Origin: Betaproteobacteria bacterium
Lineage (GTDB): Bacteria > Pseudomonadota > Gammaproteobacteria > Burkholderiales > Burkholderiaceae_A
Direction: 5' to 3'
DNA: 64,000 bases
Assembly: GCA_018970545.1 (NCBI GenBank)
Contig: JAGWWC010000004.1
Coordinates: 828-64,827, forward strand
Shown here: one piece after another, positions 63,620 to 64,000 of the stretch
Layout: each line of letters begins with the position of its first letter
How positions within the stretch are numbered: position 1 is the stretch's first letter
The notes under the pieces: generated by a model
Told to the model about the DNA's origin: nothing
What the model saw: only the letters and a program-made list of their open reading frames with translations
Database searches by the model: none
Made by a program: the position numbers and the translations under genes

Positions 63620-64000
63620 ATAACCCCCTACTCCATGAAATGCTGGCTCGGGATGGCCTGCCGCGCTATGACCTGATTGAGCCTGCGCAGGTCGCTGCCG
63701 CAGTGGACACGCTTCTTGCCGAAGCCCGGGCCACACTGGCCCGAGTGACGGCGCCGGCCAACTCCATCTCGTGGGCCACGGTGATCGAGCCCCTCACCGA
63801 CGCCACAGAACGGCTCGGCCGCGCCTGGGGCGCAGTTCATCACATGTCGGGGGTCATGGACTCTCCCGAATGGCGGGAAGCGATCAACAGCCGCCTCGCG
63901 GAGGTCACTGCCTTTTGGACCGAATTGGCACAGCACCCGGATTTATTCCGTGCTTCGAGGGCACTTGAAGATCAGTTCAAAGATACGCCGCCAAAGCCAC
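63616..64000 (+). CDS. prlC: oligopeptidase A / M3 family metallopeptidase (5' partial, runs off the window)
   Basis: Hand translation from ATG 63616 (ATGA overlap with the folD stop) gives [38 protein letters not shown]...W..VIEPL.DA.ERL.RAW..V.H. This matches the PrlC N-terminal pattern. No stop occurs before the window ends. Confidence 0.75.
   Translation, partial: MNNPLLHEMLARDGLPRYDLIEPAQVAAAVDTLLAEARATLARVTAPANSISWATVIEPLTDATERLGRAWGAVHHMSGVMDSPEWREAINSRLAEVTAFWTELAQHPDLFRASRALEDQFKDTPPKP

Overview
This is a GC-rich, very gene-dense stretch of core chromosome (GC and codon usage judged by eye, not computed). It holds about 68 protein-coding genes and 5 tRNAs. The gene order is typical of Burkholderiales-type betaproteobacteria. 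Left part (1-22 kb): an MBL hydrolase, a DUF1289 protein, an AhpD-like protein and a CoA-transferase; then tRNA-Val, divergent ppx/ppk, a split Fe(III)-type ABC importer, a GNAT, a DUF360 protein, rhlE and tRNA-Ser. After these comes a small catabolic cluster: an IlvD/Edd dehydratase, a DapA-family enzyme, a 3-hydroxyacyl-CoA-dehydrogenase-family enzyme, a TAXI-TRAP transporter, an LhgO-like flavoenzyme, gcdH and an SDR. Centre (19-48 kb): one uninterrupted minus-strand array running ilvI-ilvH-ilvC-psd-pssA-leuA-rpsO-pnp-tpiA-secG-tRNA-Leu-nuoABCDEFGHIJKLMN-DUF2818-NUDIX-SDR-gcdH-lhgO-like. Right part (48-64 kb): an ECF sigma factor with a DUF3619/DUF3106 protein and an RDD protein, clpB, a DUF482 protein, moaE-moaD-moeA, thrC-hom and an alaC-like aminotransferase. 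It ends with an Mth938-like protein, a PIN-PhoH (PhoH2-type) ATPase, tRNA-Glu, tRNA-Ala, folD and the 5' end of prlC. I see no CRISPR array, IS element, integrase, prophage gene or recognisable defence or toxin-antitoxin cassette, so this looks like an ordinary housekeeping region rather than an accessory island. The points most worth a second look are these. A 23-codon ORF with a run of four leucines sits in the pssA-leuA spacer and may be a leu-type leader peptide, although no canonical terminator follows it. The DUF3619 and DUF3106 domains appear fused into one ORF next to the ECF sigma. The conserved N-terminus of thrC lacks an ATG/GTG/TTG codon; a CTG nested in the hom stop has ideal Shine-Dalgarno (SD) spacing. 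A DUF2818 membrane protein and a NUDIX hydrolase are translationally coupled to nuoN. The SDR paralog has no Tyr where the YxxxK dyad should be. Four convergent gene pairs overlap at their 3' ends, leaving no room for terminators. Several regulatory candidates (Pho box, Fur-like box in a palindromic bidirectional -10, sigma32 promoter, operator-like repeats) are sequence-level guesses only.
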